In this document: positions 14,280-28,142 of the stretch, piece by piece | Numbering within the stretch: the stretch's first letter is position 1 | How the letters are laid out: the number at the start of each line of letters is the position of its first letter | NCBI RefSeq assembly: GCF_009834535.1 | Contig: NC_045696.1 | Span: forward strand, 10,418,001 to 10,482,000 | Direction of reading: 5' to 3' | Origin: Camelus ferus | Taxonomy: Eukaryota | Length of the DNA: 64,000 nucleotides | Program-made: the position numbers and the translations under genes | Notes under the pieces: generated by a model | What the model saw: only the letters and a program-made list of their open reading frames with translations | Database searches by the model: none | What the model was told of the DNA's origin: nothing

Positions 14280-14989
14280 CAGCATGGTTTCCCTGGTGAA
14301 TTCTGCAAAGCATTTAAAGAAAAATTAATACCAAATCTTCATCAGCTTTTCCAAAAAATAGAGCAGAAGGAAACCTTTTCCAACTCATTCTACGAGGCCA
14401 GTATGACTTTGATACCAAGACCAGACAATGGCATCAGAAGAAAACTGCAAGTCAACATTCCTTATGAATATAAATGCAAAAATCCTCAACAAAATACTAG
14501 CCAGTGGAATCCAGCAACATGTAAAAAGAATTATACCCCATGACCAAGTGAGATTTATCCCAGGAATGCAGGTTGGTTTAATATACAAAAACCAATCAAT
14601 GTCATATGCTATTTTAATAATATAAAGGGTTAAAAAAAAAGATGGTCTCAGTAGACACAGAAAAAGTATTTCACAAAAATCTAACACCCTATCATGATAA
14701 AAACTAAAAACACGGAACAAACTAGGAATAGACGGTAACTTCTTCCGTCTAATGAAGGGCGCCCACGAAAGTCCCACGGCGAATGGAGAAAGGCCACCAG
14801 CTTTCTCCCCAAGGTCAGGAACAGGACACTGTTCACTTCCGCTCAGCCTTGTACTGGGAGTTCTAGCTGGGGCAGTCAGGCAAGGAAAACAAACAAAAGG
14901 CATCTAGATTAGAAAGGAAGAAGTAAAACTATCTGTATTTACGGATGATAAAATCTTGTATATAGAAAATCCTAAGGAAGCCACCAAAA

Positions 14990-15020
<31 letters not shown>

Positions 15021-15175
15021 CAAACAGCGCTGTAAGAACTAACAAATTCAGTGAGGTTGCAAGATACAAGAGATAGACAGATAGATGTAATTTTGTTTCT
15101 TTACACTAGCAATGAACAATTTGATAATTAAATTAAGAAAATAATTCCATTTACAACAACATCAAAAAGAATAGA
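14280..15175 (+). mobile_element. L1 ORF2 reverse-transcriptase fragment
   Basis: [67 protein letters not shown]. Confidence 0.9.
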
Positions 15176-15430
15176 CACCAAGACCTGTCCCTTCCCTGGA
15201 CTGCTTTGTCCTGGATTTTCCAATTTCTTTCATTCCAGGCCTTTTGGTGGATTCACAGTTCCAAGTAAAGACATGTAATTCATTCATTCATCTAAAAACA
15301 TGTGTTAAGCTCTACTTTGTACCAGATAGGATGCTGAGAACTGGGATCGTTGTACTGAGCAGGCCTGTCAGGTCCCTGCCTGCGAGGAGCTGGCAGTCTA
15401 GTAGGGGAAACGTCACTATCTGAGTACTTT

Positions 15431-15864
15431 TCCTCTCTTTTAATTAATAATTATTTGTTTGTTCCTTTTCCTTCCTTCCTTCCTTTTTCTCTCTTTTTCT
15501 TTCTTTCTCTTTTCCTTCCTTTCTTTCTTTCTTTTCTCCTCTTTCTTTTTTCTTCGTTCTCTGGTTGAGGTAGGTCGTAGCGGGTTTGGAGTGTAGGTGG
15601 TGATGGAGGGGCTGCAGGTGGGCGGTCGTGACTTTATTGTTTCTGCCTTTCTTTCTTTCTCTTTCTTTTCTTTTCCTTCTTCCTTCCTCTTTCTTTTTCT
15701 TCCTTTCTTCCTTTCTATCTTTCTTTACCCTTTCCTATCCTTCCTTCCTTCCTCTTTTCCTTTCCTTTTTCTTATTCTTTTTTTAGTGGAGGTACTGGAG
15801 ATTGAAACTAGGACCTTGCACATGCCATGCCTGCGCCCTAACACTGAGCTATTACCCTCCTCAT
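15431..15864 (-). mobile_element. tRNA-derived SINE with compound tail
   Basis: SINE head ~15782-15858; 14-bp TSD TATCTGAGTACTTT at 15417-15430 and 15865-15878. Confidence 0.8.
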
Positions 15865-17042
15865 TATCTGAGTACTTTCTAGGGTGATGTGGAAGTAGGG
15901 AGTGGGGGGGTGGGGGGGCTACAGCAGGGAGACACAACCTAGAGAGTAATAGTTCAAGGAACAGGAGTAAAGCTGGGAAGGTTGGGCTGGAGAAAGGAGA
16001 CATGTTAGGATTTGGGGCTTAATCCAAGGGCAACGGAAAGACATCTAATACGTCCCAAGTATTGTCTTCAAGGGGCCACTCTCCTGTGACGAGAATGACT
16101 TGGAGAAGGACAGACAAGGAGCAGGACCAGGGAGGAGGTGGGATGGCAACATAGACCAGGGTGGGGGCAATGGGTGTAGAAGCGGAAGGAGTTAAGAGTG
16201 ATTGAGAAAATGGAGTGGACGGGACTTGAGGATGGATTGGATAAGGTGTGGAGGAAGGGAGGGTCAAAGACTCCTCGTAAGTTTCTGGTCTGAGCAAAAG
16301 GATGCACCATGGGTCCTTGTCCTCAGCTGGCAAAGAGTGCAGTGGAGGGGGGCCTGGAGGTCCATTTTTTCACCTGCATTTACTGGTCTCCTAGTAAGAG
16401 GTCCGTACATGGAGGTGCTGAGAAGAGTAAGAGTAAAAGGCTGTCCCTGCCTCAAAGGAGGGCAGTCTAGGAGGCCAGAAAGAAACACAAATACACGCAA
16501 GGCAGTAGATAGAGTTGTCAATATTCCTGCTTTTTGACCAGTAATCCTAGTCCTGGAGAGTGGTCTGAAGGAAATAACTCTAAAGAAAACAGTGAATCCA
16601 TTTCAATTCAACAGACCCTTTCTTTGAACAACTCCTCACGATATGTCAGGCACTCTTTGGCCTGAGGATCAAAGGAACAAAGCCCTTGAGCTCAAGTTGG
16701 CTCACAGTCCAGTGGGAAAGGTAAGCTTTCGAGTAACTGTGAGCAGAACCAGCTGACCAATGAGGGGAGGTTGGCAGGAGGCCAGATTCCCTTGAAAGGC
16801 CTGCACCCCCACAGCGTGGAGATGTTTCCCTCAACGCCGCCTCCTTGGGACAGAATTAGGTTGGAATTTATTTTTCTGGCTATATAATGCTTGCAATATT
16901 AACTCTCTTAACCATTGTTTGCAGTTGTAACAAGAACAGGTTCCATGTAATGGAGCTAGAATAAATTTCTGTATGAAGCATTATTTATATTGGTTTTGGG
17001 GGGTTGGGAGGGCCTAACAGTACTTTTTAAAGCTAACATTAC

Positions 17043-17460
17043 CAGGGTTGCCAGATTAAAATACAGGACATCCAGTAACATGTGAGTTTCACATAAACAG
17101 ATGGATAATGTTCTGTGTAAGTATGTCCCAAATACTGCATGGGACATACGCTAAAAAGGTTTTTGTAGTTCATCTGAGATTAGATGGGGCACAAAGATTT
17201 CTCCATGTTTACGTGGTAGAAGTCATTTAGAAGACTTCGAAGAGGGAACAATATACTTTCATATTAAAAAAAATCATAACCATTTCTTTCTTTAAGTAAA
17301 ATGCCAGACTATTCAAAGCATTATACAACAACAAAATTTTAGTGATGTCCCGTGCAATATTTGAGACACACTTATACTAAAAAATTACTGTTTACCTGAG
17401 ATTAAAATTTAATTCAAATTGAACTGGGTGTCCCGTATTTCTGTTAAATCTAGCCACTCT
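17043..17460. mobile_element. MER53-like palindromic hAT element (interrupted or duplicated)
   Basis: CAGGGTTGCCAGATT-AAAATACAGGACA ... TGTCCCGTATTT..AATCTAGCCACTCT. Confidence 0.65.
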
Positions 17461-19019
17461 AAACAGCATACACAGCCTTTGGCTACACATTAAATCTAGA
17501 CACTCTAAACGGTATACATAGTCCTTAGCTACGCGTTGTTTCCTCATGACACAGCCATTCAGGAATCTGTTTCCAAAATACCAGCTAGTTGTGAACCTAA
17601 ATAGGGCGACTTGCCTCCCTCTAGTGGCGAATCCAGTCGAAGTATGTAATTCAACGCTCGGCTTAATCACTTATTAAACACTTCCCAAGTGTCAGCTACA
17701 AAGTTAAAAAAAGAAAAGATAGTCCTTGCTTTCATGGAGCTTGCCACCTAGCAGAGGGGGATCTATGTTGGCAAATGCTATAAAATCTCTCCTCGGGAGC
17801 GAGCTGGACAGACGTATATATACATATGGGCACAAAGGCAACTTCTATGCGTGTACATGGTGGTCTTCTAGGAAGACTGCAGAGTGGATGACACACCTTT
17901 GTTCTTAAAAACTCATAACCGTATCTTTTAAAATGTTAAATTCCAGAGTATTAAAGCGTTATAAAATCTGGGAACGGACAATAGAGTTGAGTATGCAAAA
18001 AGACACGCTATATTTGTTACATATTTAAGGACTAATTCCAGTCTTTTGGAAAAATGGGCCATTTTTCTACTGGAGAGATAGGAAAATGTTTTTCTGATTC
18101 AGTCATTCACTTTCTCCTCAGCTCCCTCCTCTCTGATGGATTTAGGAAATTTGGTGGGGGAGGGTTGGGAGTCGGGGGTGGGAGTGGTGAGAGTCTCTGT
18201 GAGAAGAAATGTTCAATTTAAGTCTGCTATCACAAGATGTCATTTTTTCATTTCCTCCCTCTTCCCAAGACCTTTTTCTAAGCCAGAATATCTGCTCTGC
18301 TCACTTTTTCTTTTCTTGGTCTGTGTCAATTACTTCATCCAGAAGACATTTCCTGTTAAAACATGAATTCTAAGCAGGGACAGAACACTGAGAGGGCAGG
18401 AAACTGGTATCCCCTTTGCACGAAAAATGTATCAAATTCTCTCTTCTTGCCTTGTCTCCCTCAGGTGAAGAAACTGGATGTTAGTGGTGTCTGTTATTAC
18501 TGTTAAGTAACAGGGCATTTCTTGGGCATCAGAGATGAATTTAAAATATTTACTTCCCCGTACATTTTGGAAAAAAACATTTGAGGGAGCTTACTAAAAA
18601 CACAAACTCTTCTAGAAGGGTTCCCAGCTTGAATGTCAATGGTGTTTTAACTTCAGACTCAAATGTCTGGATGGCAGATCTACTTACACGTGCGACTGGT
18701 GAGTGTCCTTCGAAAGAGCTTATCCTGAGAAGAAATGATGGTAGAAGGAACATTTGAGAGAGCAGGGTCTGCGACACTGCCGCAAACCCATTAAGTCAAG
18801 GCTGTGCTCCAGCCAAGTCTTAAGCAGAGGTGAAAAGGCAAAGAGCCAGCAAGCGGGGTCCCTGACTGGGAGCTCCATGGGGCGGTGGCAGCAGCGGTGA
18901 GTCCTTCAGGATCCCAACCCCGGACACGGCCACACCAGGTGTGGGCAGCAGCCCTGCTATGAATACCTCGTGAAGGCATTCGTTGCAGTAGCTGTGATGC
19001 ACAGAAGTTTAATCAATTC

Positions 19020-19066
19020 AAGCACAACCACCACAAAATCCAAGGCTTCTGGCCTGAGTGTTTATT
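19020..19066 (-). terminator. Probable IFNAR1 poly(A) signal
   Basis: AATAAA on minus strand (19061-19066) followed ~20 nt later by GU-rich GGATTTTGTGGTGGTTGTGC. Confidence 0.55.
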
Positions 19067-20237
19067 GTAAAAAACTGTTTAACAAATAGCAAATTGGGTT
19101 AAGACAAAAACGCAAATGAAGTAAGATACAAAAGTTCACTGAATAAAAACATTGGAAATACGGGTATGTTCTTCTCCAGTTCAACAAGACATACAAAGTG
19201 TCAGAAACACCTACTTGGTTCAACTTTTAGATTTCGGTCATTTGAGAACTATTACTGTCTGTGTTTCTACGTGCAAGGGTGCTCGGGCTACAGAAATGAA
19301 TAAAAGGAAATCTCTGCTCTCAGGGCTTCCGGTCTCCTGGGGCGGGGAGGCGGGGCAGACACCACAAGAAACACACACAAAGATGCCAGGTAGTCCAAGG
19401 GTTACGTAAGGAGGAGGTGGGGAGGAAGGAAAAGCTGCTGTAAGTTCTCCAAATTTTTAACAGCAATCTGAGGCTGCTTTGAAGGTCACAGTTTAAGGGG
19501 AAGATACAAACTCTAAATCATATTTTAAAAATAACTTTTTTATAGGTTACAAATTTCTGGTCAGACCCTGAAGTGTTTATTTCTGGAGTAGCATTTATAA
19601 TTTTCTAATTAGAATCTATGTTAGTAAGTACTTTATGGCTGTACTCCTGGAAAACGGTCCACATCGTGTGTGTATGTGTAGGTCTAAGACCCAAGTCACC
19701 ATTTACATACATATTCATCTATATTATGTTTTAATAGTAAATGTTATTGCTGGCTGTAATAATACAAATCTTTTACATAAATTCTTAGATTATATCCAGC
19801 CTAAGGACTATCAATATTGTAACTGAGGCACTATACTATCCTTCAGGAAAAATACATACCACCTTGTAAGTGAGCATAGCCTGATTAAGCTACATGGGGA
19901 AGAGACTGAAGAATGGAATTTCAGTTTTCAGTCTAGAAGACAAGGCAAAGATGGACATCCAGTCTGACACAGCCCTTTTCCTGCAGTAAATCCTGGGCTC
20001 CGAGTGCTGACAGGCCCATCACAAGGACAGTCTGAAAAGCCAGGCGGGGCAGGGCAGGGCAGGGCCCTGGCAAGTTCCCAATGTCCTCCCTTAAGAGGAA
20101 AATTCCCACTGACGGGGCCTTTACAAGTGAAGAGCCAACCAAGATCTGCTTTAAACCGGATGCCTCTGGCCAGAAAGATCAAAGATGTGTTTGGTCCCCC
20201 AGGGATTCTCCAGCAGAGAGTAGAAATAACTTGCTTT

Positions 20238-20351
20238 TTCTTTTCTTCTCTTTTCTTTTCTTTTTTTTTAATGGAGGGACTGGGGATTGAGCCCAGGACC
20301 TCGTGCACGCTAAGCATGCACTCTACCACTGAGCTATATATATCCTCCCCC
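20238..20351 (-). mobile_element. tRNA-derived (Vic-1-like) SINE in IFNAR1 3' region
   Basis: A/B-box head TATAGCTCAGTGGTAGAG...GGCTCAATCCCC, A-rich tail, TSD TAACTTGCTTT. Confidence 0.88.
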
Positions 20352-21441
20352 TAACTTGCTTTCTCTTGAGTGCACGTGGGCTGAGCAGAAGGGATACCTG
20401 AACAGCGTCAGACAGTGTGGAGAAGCTGGCCTGGGGTTAGAAATGATACACGTAAGCCATAAACACAAACCGCCCCACAGTACGCTGATGGTCAAAAGTT
20501 GATTAGACACGACATTGTTCTAATTATACAAGTCGCTTGCTTCTTTCTTCCTGATTTACTCTGCTTCTCACTCTGTCTAGTCTGCCAGTCTTTTCTGGCC
20601 CCCAGGCCTCTTGCATACACTGTGGACTTATGTCACATACTCCATATCTTAAAAGGGATCAGTAACTTCTCTAATGAGTTTCCCATTTCTCTGTAATTTT
20701 AGTAATTATACATTCTAATCAGAAGCAATTGTGCTAATGTCCTGAATCGAGAAGTCTTTAATGTACACATAGTAAAAGACTGTTTTTTTTTAAATTTTTA
20801 ATTTTTTAAAAATACTATCTGGTTTTAATCCTAAACGGTATAAGGGATAGATAACTGTGATGTAGAAGCTAATGTTCTTGGGATAAACGGAGAGAATTCC
20901 CCTGACAAAGTTGGAAGGATCATGCTTCTGGTATCTGCAGCTGTTTTTCAGAATAAGCAACTTCTCAGGAAACCAAGTGATAGCGGTATTCAGGCTTTTG
21001 TAAAGACATTTCCAAAGGGCCTACACTTCAGTGTCCAAAGAAAAGACCCAAGGTTCTAAATAACCCCTGAAAAACACTGTGAGAGAATTAGCCGATGAGA
21101 ACACAAACCCTAAACCCTACCCTTACCCACAAAACAGCACGGGGACTTCAGATGTCATCCGGAGGACAGGGGCAGCTTCTGGGTTTAACTCATTTCATCC
21201 CAGGCAGGTCCAATGACAGGTCTCTCAAGACTTTACACAGGAAAAGACGGTAGGAAACTCTTCTCCAAATTCATTTTAAGTAGTTAAGTGCTTTCCTGTA
21301 TTTTTAGGACCTATGATCGGAAGATGATTTTCTCTTCCCCCACAAGCACATAGTCTCTTGATGGTTACTGAGAGGAGCTCGGAGCTTGGCTCCCACTACA
21401 ACTCCCACTAGACTCCCTAATATTTTAGAGTTCATTTCCGG

Positions 21442-21681
21442 TCACACAGGTTCCTCTTGGAGAAGTCCTTCACTTATTTTACTTCCACTGTTTTCATCTT
21501 CATTAGAATAGTTTCCTGAATCTCGACTAGTTTGGGAACTGTATTTTTTGTAATCTTCACCAATTTGATCAGTCTCTTCTATTGTAGTAACAGTGCTTGT
21601 ATTTTCAATTATAAAACATCTTTCCGTTTGTTCCTCAGAAGTGGAAAGGAGGAGGTTCCTCAGTGGCTTTTCAGAGAAACA
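21442..21681 (-). CDS. IFNAR1: IFNAR1 exon 11, coding part (cytoplasmic tail)
   Basis: [26 protein letters not shown]...[15 protein letters not shown]...EEPV*; TYK2-binding segment and beta-TrCP degron DSGNYS (21505-21522); TGA at 21442-21444. Confidence 0.96.
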   Translation of the reverse strand, partial: CFSEKPLRNLLLSTSEEQTERCFIIENTSTVTTIEETDQIGEDYKKYSSQTSRDSGNYSNEDENSGSKISEGLLQEEPV

Positions 21682-22888
21682 CTAATTTAAAAGGGCAAAC
21701 ATATAAACAAGATTATTTAAAATAACAAAAGTCAGTCTTCTAGTTCTAATGAGCTTCAGGTTCTTACATCTACAATCTAGGAGGCCTATTTTTTTGGCAT
21801 GCATATTAAAAAGCGAGCTAAGAGCAAACTGACTGTACTATAGTGTTTAGAATAAAACCATCCTTAGGGAGTTCACATCCATCTTAATATTACGTTTTTG
21901 GTAATTATGTGAAGAGCACTGTGCTATCAGGGGCGGGGGTGGAAGAGGAGGGGTGAGGAAGGGAAGGGAGAGCACTGGGATTGGGGACATTTTATTTTGA
22001 AATGATAAAAAATTTTGTATCCAATCCATAAATGTCCAGAAGAAGCACAAGAGATAAATTAATTTTCCCTGTCCCATTAAGAATAATTAGCTAGTTTTAA
22101 GTTCTTTGCATAACAGAAGGGTAGATAAAATGATATTAAAGAAGTCAGACATAAAAGAGTAAAACAGTTCATATTTACAGAGCACTGTAAGGCTAGGCCT
22201 TTCTGGTTTACCTCCTGTGCCCTCAAAACTCCACTGGAAGGTGGGGTCAGCTCCTCTGTTCTACAGCCTAAGGGCACGTGCTCAAGTTTGCATAGGAGAT
22301 GTGCTCAAGTTCATGGAGCCAGGAAGTGCAAACACACTACAGCTCATCAACCATCCACCTTCCTGTCTGGAGCTCCAAAGCCCAGGGGAACCCAAAACAA
22401 GGCAGGTAAGTGGAACCCACACAAGTGAACGCACCCCCAGGGAGATTTCTGGGCCCTGGTCTCCACCAGTCAGGGCTGTCACTGACTGTGCCAGCCTCAC
22501 ACGAGCGCCAGCCGAAACATTGAGGCGCTGTGAGAGGAAACCCATGTTTTGTTATTTCCTTTTCTGTGATTTTTGTCCAGAATAGTTTCTGCACTGATGA
22601 CAGTGTTTGAATCTTTCTGTGAAAAAAGGCTTTCAATGATTAAAAGAAATGCCACAGCAAGCAAGCTGCCAGATACAACATGGGCGTGAGGACACATCTT
22701 ACTATTCCGTTTATATCCTATTAAATGACTTTCTAAAGTTAATTTTGTGAAACTCTGAAGAAAAAAACCCTAGTCTGTATTATTTTTTGAATATCAAGAA
22801 AACATTTATAGTCTGTCAAAATCAAATATATTTCCTGTTCTTGTAAAGAAAAATCCAGCTAATCTGTTGACAAAGAAAAGCAACATAC

Positions 22889-23034
22889 CTCATCTATAGT
22901 GGAAGGAGGTTTACTTGACGGGAAGAACACATAACTGACGCATCTCAAGAGGGCTTTCACAACGTAAATGACAACGACGATAGAAAACACTGCAGTGCAA
23001 ATTCCAGCTATGAGCCAGGCTTTGGAAGTATTTC
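22889..23034 (-). CDS. IFNAR1: IFNAR1 exon 10 (transmembrane and juxtamembrane)
   Basis: [49 protein letters not shown]; 146 nt; YVFFP motif. Confidence 0.96.
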
Positions 23035-23778
23035 CTAAAAACAAATAAATGGTGTTTAGCATCAGTATAGGTTTTGACACACAATACATTAATAGTGCTG
23101 ACAGTCTATGTGAAAGAAATACAGCCATGTGAAAGGAAATACAAAATCTATTAAATAGTACCCTTAGAAATGTTGCTGGTAGCACTGAGCAGCTGCAGGT
23201 AACCGCCCTGACATGTAAAGAGTGGCCAGGGAACTGAAATAAGAGACCCTCAGCGAAGGAAACACTATGACACGGAGCTCCAACCACATGAAGTATTCTC
23301 CAGCACCTCTTCTGTGACACACAGCCAGCACACACAATCCAAAACATTCTGTGACTCAGCGTCTACAAGTCAACACCAGACACTGTAAAATCCAAAACGG
23401 GACTATACCATTCTCACATAAAAAAATTTGCAGCTGAACTAACTGAGTGATTCCCAAGTGATAATTACATCAATGATTACATTTAACAATAAAAATAGTC
23501 TCATTAAATGCTAAGAGTAATCATAAAAGGAAAATAATTATGCAGCTATGCACGAAACACAAAGGATACAAAAAACACAACACGGTTGAGTATTAAAAAT
23601 ATTTTCTAAAACTGAAAGACTCAGCTTGAAGGTCTACTTTTGACTCACACAGTCTGAGAAAACAGTCTCTCTCTATAGCTTTGCAGTAAAAAGGAAATTA
23701 CTTTACGATTTCCAATGGATTGATTATTTTTAAGTCTTATGGCATTAAAGAAGGAAAGATACAGTAAAAGATCCTGAC

Positions 23779-23929
23779 CTGGTTTGGTTTCCTCGCACAC
23801 AGTGTCACTGAAAACACTGCTTTTGTTCCACCTGTTGCTCTCAACCAGTGCTCTGGCTTTGACACAATATACCGTCAGCGGTTTCAAGTTAGGAAAAGTA
23901 AAATCAGTTCTCTTCTCTAGAACTCTTCT
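23779..23929 (-). CDS. IFNAR1: IFNAR1 exon 9
   Basis: [50 protein letters not shown]; 151 nt. Confidence 0.95.
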
Positions 23930-25392
23930 CTATAAAAAATAAGTAAATCATTGATAAAATGCAGTTCTCTGTGGAATCATACAGGGAATATCTATTTTCT
24001 GAATTCCTTAAATATTCAATCTAAGATCGGCCTGTCCCAAACACTTAGTTGGTGTATGTTTAAGAAATATCTGTTTTGGACAACACCTTATAACCAAACT
24101 CAAAAGTTAAAACTGCTGCTGCCAAAAAAATAATATGATGTATTCCTAAGACAACTCAAAACTTTTTATAAGTACATGCTGATTTGGCTTCATTGCCATT
24201 GTATGACCTCTGCTTAGTGGCAGAATGATTAAGAGCAGGAGTTCTGGCCTCAAACCCCCTGTATCAAGATATCCCTTACAGCTATGTGGCCTTAGGCAAG
24301 TTTTTTACTTTCTCTGGGCCCTATTTCCAGATCTATAAAATGAGGACAAATTATTACTCCCACCTGTATTAGTCAGCTATTGTCACAATGATGTTGTGTA
24401 ACAAGATATTACAAGTACAACAAAATAATGCTGTGTAACAAAACAGTCTGTGGCTCCAAACCTATTAATTCTTCTCCCTGTGAGTGTCCCCACTGTCTGG
24501 GAGAGCTCTAACTGAGGCTGTGGACCAGACTTAGGTCTGCTCCACAAGTCTCTCATGCACCGTGGCCCAGACACCACATGAAGCTTGCCTTCCTCTTGGC
24601 AAACAGGAGAGGCACAAGAGCTAAGCCAAACCATGCACTTAAGGCCTCTGCTCACACCACGTCCACTCATGTTCCATTGTCTACAGCCCAGCATCAGTGA
24701 AGCAGTCACGAATACTCCATCCCAAGGATTTGCTGAATGGTAATTTAATCAGCCAAACTGGCAGGGTTGTTTTGATGAATGACTGAGACAATTCATATAA
24801 AATACTTATTCAATAAACTTTGAGTTGTTATTACCATTGTAATTATTGATGCACTACCCAGCATAGGACGGGATGGCAACTAGAAGTTACTGAATCTCTA
24901 CTGTTTGTCAAGCAATGTGGTAGGTATTTTCATATATACTGCCTCATTTTAAACCTTATAAACATCCTTTCAAAAAAATTAAGTTGCTATGACCACCAGC
25001 ACTTTACAGAAGAGGAAACAAAGTCTCAAAGGTCAAGTACCTTTGCCTAAGGTCACATGATTTGGCAGTGTGAGACACAAATTTAGGTTTTTCTTACCTA
25101 GGGACAACAGAGAACTGGCCGTAATACTCATTAGGGCTAAATTATGCTATGGTCACAGTGCGTTCAGATAAAATGAAAGCAGCCAGGTCACCGGAATTTT
25201 CTTAGATTTCCAACAGAAAATGAAGTTACAGAATTTACCAACTCAACTGCACAAGATTTTTCAAAGTTGATTCCTCGATTAGTAAGATTTTGTTGGGCAA
25301 AGTTGAACTTGGGAGGCACGTTTTCCTCCTGGAAGGTCAACCACTGTAACAGCTAAGATACTTTTGCTCCCCAAAAGCCAATCGTTGCCCTC

Positions 25393-25563
25393 TCAGTGGT
25401 TCCCCACTATCTGGAGGTATTTTTGTCTGTCACAACTGGGAGTGAGGGCTACTGGCACCCAGTGGGTGAGCCAGAGGTGTTGCTAAGCATTCTGTAATGC
25501 ACAGGGCAGCTCCCGCAACAAAGACTCATCCAACCCAAATGTCAACAGTGTTGAGAAACCCTG
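25393..25563. mobile_element. MER20-like hAT element
   Basis: TGTCACAACTGGG..GCTACTGGCACCCAGTGGGT..CCCAAATGTCAACAGTG..TTGAGAAACCCTG. Confidence 0.7.
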
Positions 25564-25858
25564 GTTCATGAATCCATGGGAATCATGCTACAAGTACAAA
25601 TTACTGAGCTCTATTCCCAGAGATTCTGAGTAGGAACGAGCTCAGGATCTGAATTTTAAAAACTAACTTGGGCCCAGATGCAGGTAATCATAACTATCAC
25701 GTGAAACTCAGAAAAACGCTCACTTCTATGGTAAATATCTGAGTTAATCACATTGTCTTGCAAGTTTAAAAATTTCCCTACAATTTTAACTTCTAGCTTT
25801 GTTTACCCAAATCACAGTTAGAACTCTAAATTACAAACTTTTATTGCAGTCTTTTTAC

Positions 25859-26016
25859 CTCAGCATTTGAAGTGTTTTCCCGAAAAACAACTTCATAAAT
25901 TAGCGGGTAAAGCTGGTACCCAGACTTGTTTTCAGACTCTTCTGGAGCCCCGATGGAGACGCGCAGTGAGTCCTCACCAATGAATTTCACGTGAATGACT
26001 GGAGGAAATATGACAG
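25859..26016 (-). CDS. IFNAR1: IFNAR1 exon 8
   Basis: [53 protein letters not shown]; 158 nt. Confidence 0.95.
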
Positions 26017-26125
26017 CTAGAAGAAATGTGTAAAGATACACAGTTCAAATCCGATTAAAAAATAATCCTAAGAATTTGCACCAAATTGGAGAATTAGAAT
26101 GTAAAAGTAAAAACTACTGGCTTAC

Positions 26126-26325
26126 TTTGCATTTCGGTATTAAATTTTTTCTCTTCAGACCACAGAGATGTAGTATTTCCATCCGCTGCTCGTACACGGA
26201 TGGAGTAAATTCCTTTTGAGAAAACACTTTGAGGAAAGACGCAACGGGTTGTTCTGACATTTTCACAGTTTGGTATTTGTTTCCATTTGTCTGAATGGTC
26301 CCCAGGAATCTTTTTTAAAAAGGCA
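26126..26325 (-). CDS. IFNAR1: IFNAR1 exon 7
   Basis: [67 protein letters not shown]; 200 nt. Confidence 0.95.
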
Positions 26326-27319
26326 CTTTTAAGACAAAAAAACTTTTTTTAAAAATTCCGAACACATTAATTCAGTAAACATTTACTGAGTACCTATAGT
26401 ACGCTAGACACTCTGTTAGGGGCTAAGGGACAGAAATAGTCCTCCCCCTCATCAGGAAACTCAATACGGTGGAAGAGACATTCACAAAAGCTCCAGAGTG
26501 TGATGAACTGGTGGTGTGCGAGAGCTGGCTCGTACCCGCTCACAAAATCCACTGCTAAATTTTCAGGAATATTGGTGGCTAGTTGTTAAATACGGCCATT
26601 ATAAAAAATTAAGTTACAGAAACTTACAAATAAGTACATTGTATTGAAAAGTAATAAATACTCAAATCTCACCTTGTCCTCATTATTTTACTGCTTTATT
26701 ATCTGTGCGCAAGGCTATTTATGTCTACTGTGTCTACACGGCAAAAAAACACCATTGATGGAGTGCTTACTGGGTGTCTTCCCAACTCCGTGTTCAGTGA
26801 CATGGTGGTTGGCAGTTGAAAGTGACCATGGTGGGAGTATTCATATTATGAAAACTGGCAAACACTACAAATAAGGCTCCTCCCTTCTGGTAAGCCAGCT
26901 GCTCAACGGGTCCCAGCACCCCAGTGGGTAAGTGCTGTAATAGACATACAGACCACAGTGTTATAAGAGCCAAGTCTACACAGAAGATGACTGAGCCTGA
27001 AGAGGTTAAGGAAGCTGCTCAGAACCAACAGCTCAAAGCATCTCAGTTCCAGCCTGGATCTACAACAGCCTCCTGACTGGCTTCCTTGTCCTCGGTGTCT
27101 CCTTAGTCCACTGCACCACACACACCACATACCTTCACCTTCCCCGAATACAGGCCTCATGGCACCCACCCCTCCACACAAAACTCCCAATGGCACCCAC
27201 CTGCCTATAGGATAGTCTGAGGCTAAGCCTAATTTATTCTGTCCTACTATTCGACTTTCTCTCTCGTTGCTCTTCCACGCCCAAATATTTTGCTGCTCTC
27301 AAAGCAGGTCTTCCTCCTT

Positions 27320-27825
27320 TGTAGGCAAAATTCCAAGATGGCCTCCAAGATTCCTATCTCTGGGACCAAGACTGACAAAATGCCTGTCCCCTCAGTGTGG
27401 GCAGAACCCATGAGTTCTTGAAAAGGTTACACTATTTGGCAAAGGTGAAGGGATTTCACAAATGAAATTAAGGCCCCAAACCAGATGACTTTGAGTTAAT
27501 CAAATGAGAGGCTATTGGGTCCTGACCCAATCCAATGAGCCCTTTAAAAGAGGGTCTGGAGGACAGAGATTCTCTCTCCTGATGGCTTCCAAGAAGCAGG
27601 CCACCATGATTTCTGCAGCTTCAAGGAATGGATTCTGCCAACCACCACATGAGCTCAGGAGACAGCAGCCCCGACTGACACCTGCAGTCACAGCCCTGTG
27701 CTGGGAGGGACCCAGCTAAGCCATGCTTGGACTCCTGACCCCAAGTCACTGAGAGATAATAAATGGTGTTTTTTAAGCTGTTAAGTTTGTGGCAGTGTGT
27801 TAGAGAGCAATGGAAAATGAATACC
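27320..27825 (+). mobile_element. MaLR LTR (MLT1D/E-like)
   Basis: AAGATGGCCTCCAAGATTCC ... GAGATAATAAATGGTGTTTTTTAAGC. Confidence 0.75.
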
Positions 27826-28014
27826 TCCTCATTACGCCCACCTAATTCTGGTCTCTCCACATCCTGAGCTCCACCTTGTGTGTAGCCCGGCCTTGGATGC
27901 CCTCTCTTGCCGTTTAAAAACATCTGACTCAACAATCATGGCCTCGTTCACATCGCATCTCCTTCCAAATGGCTCCTTCGGTCTCCCCAGCCCCCTCTAC
28001 CTTTATGCATTGCT

Positions 28015-28142
28015 TGTTTTATGAGGGGGAGGTAATTAGGTTTATTCATTTATTTCTGCTTGGAGGAGGTCCTGGGGATTGAACTCTGGGCCTCTTGCAT
28101 GCAGAGTATGTGCTCAACCACTTGAACCATACCCTTCCTCCC
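28015..28142 (-). mobile_element. tRNA-derived SINE
   Basis: Head GGGTATGGTTCAAGTGGTTGAG...GTTCAATCCCC and AAACCTAATTACCTCCCC tail. Confidence 0.8.

Noticed and set aside
21395..21407. ACTACAACTCCCA, a ZNF143/THAP11-type motif
   Set aside because: Single motif in the 3'UTR without promoter context; not supportable as functional.
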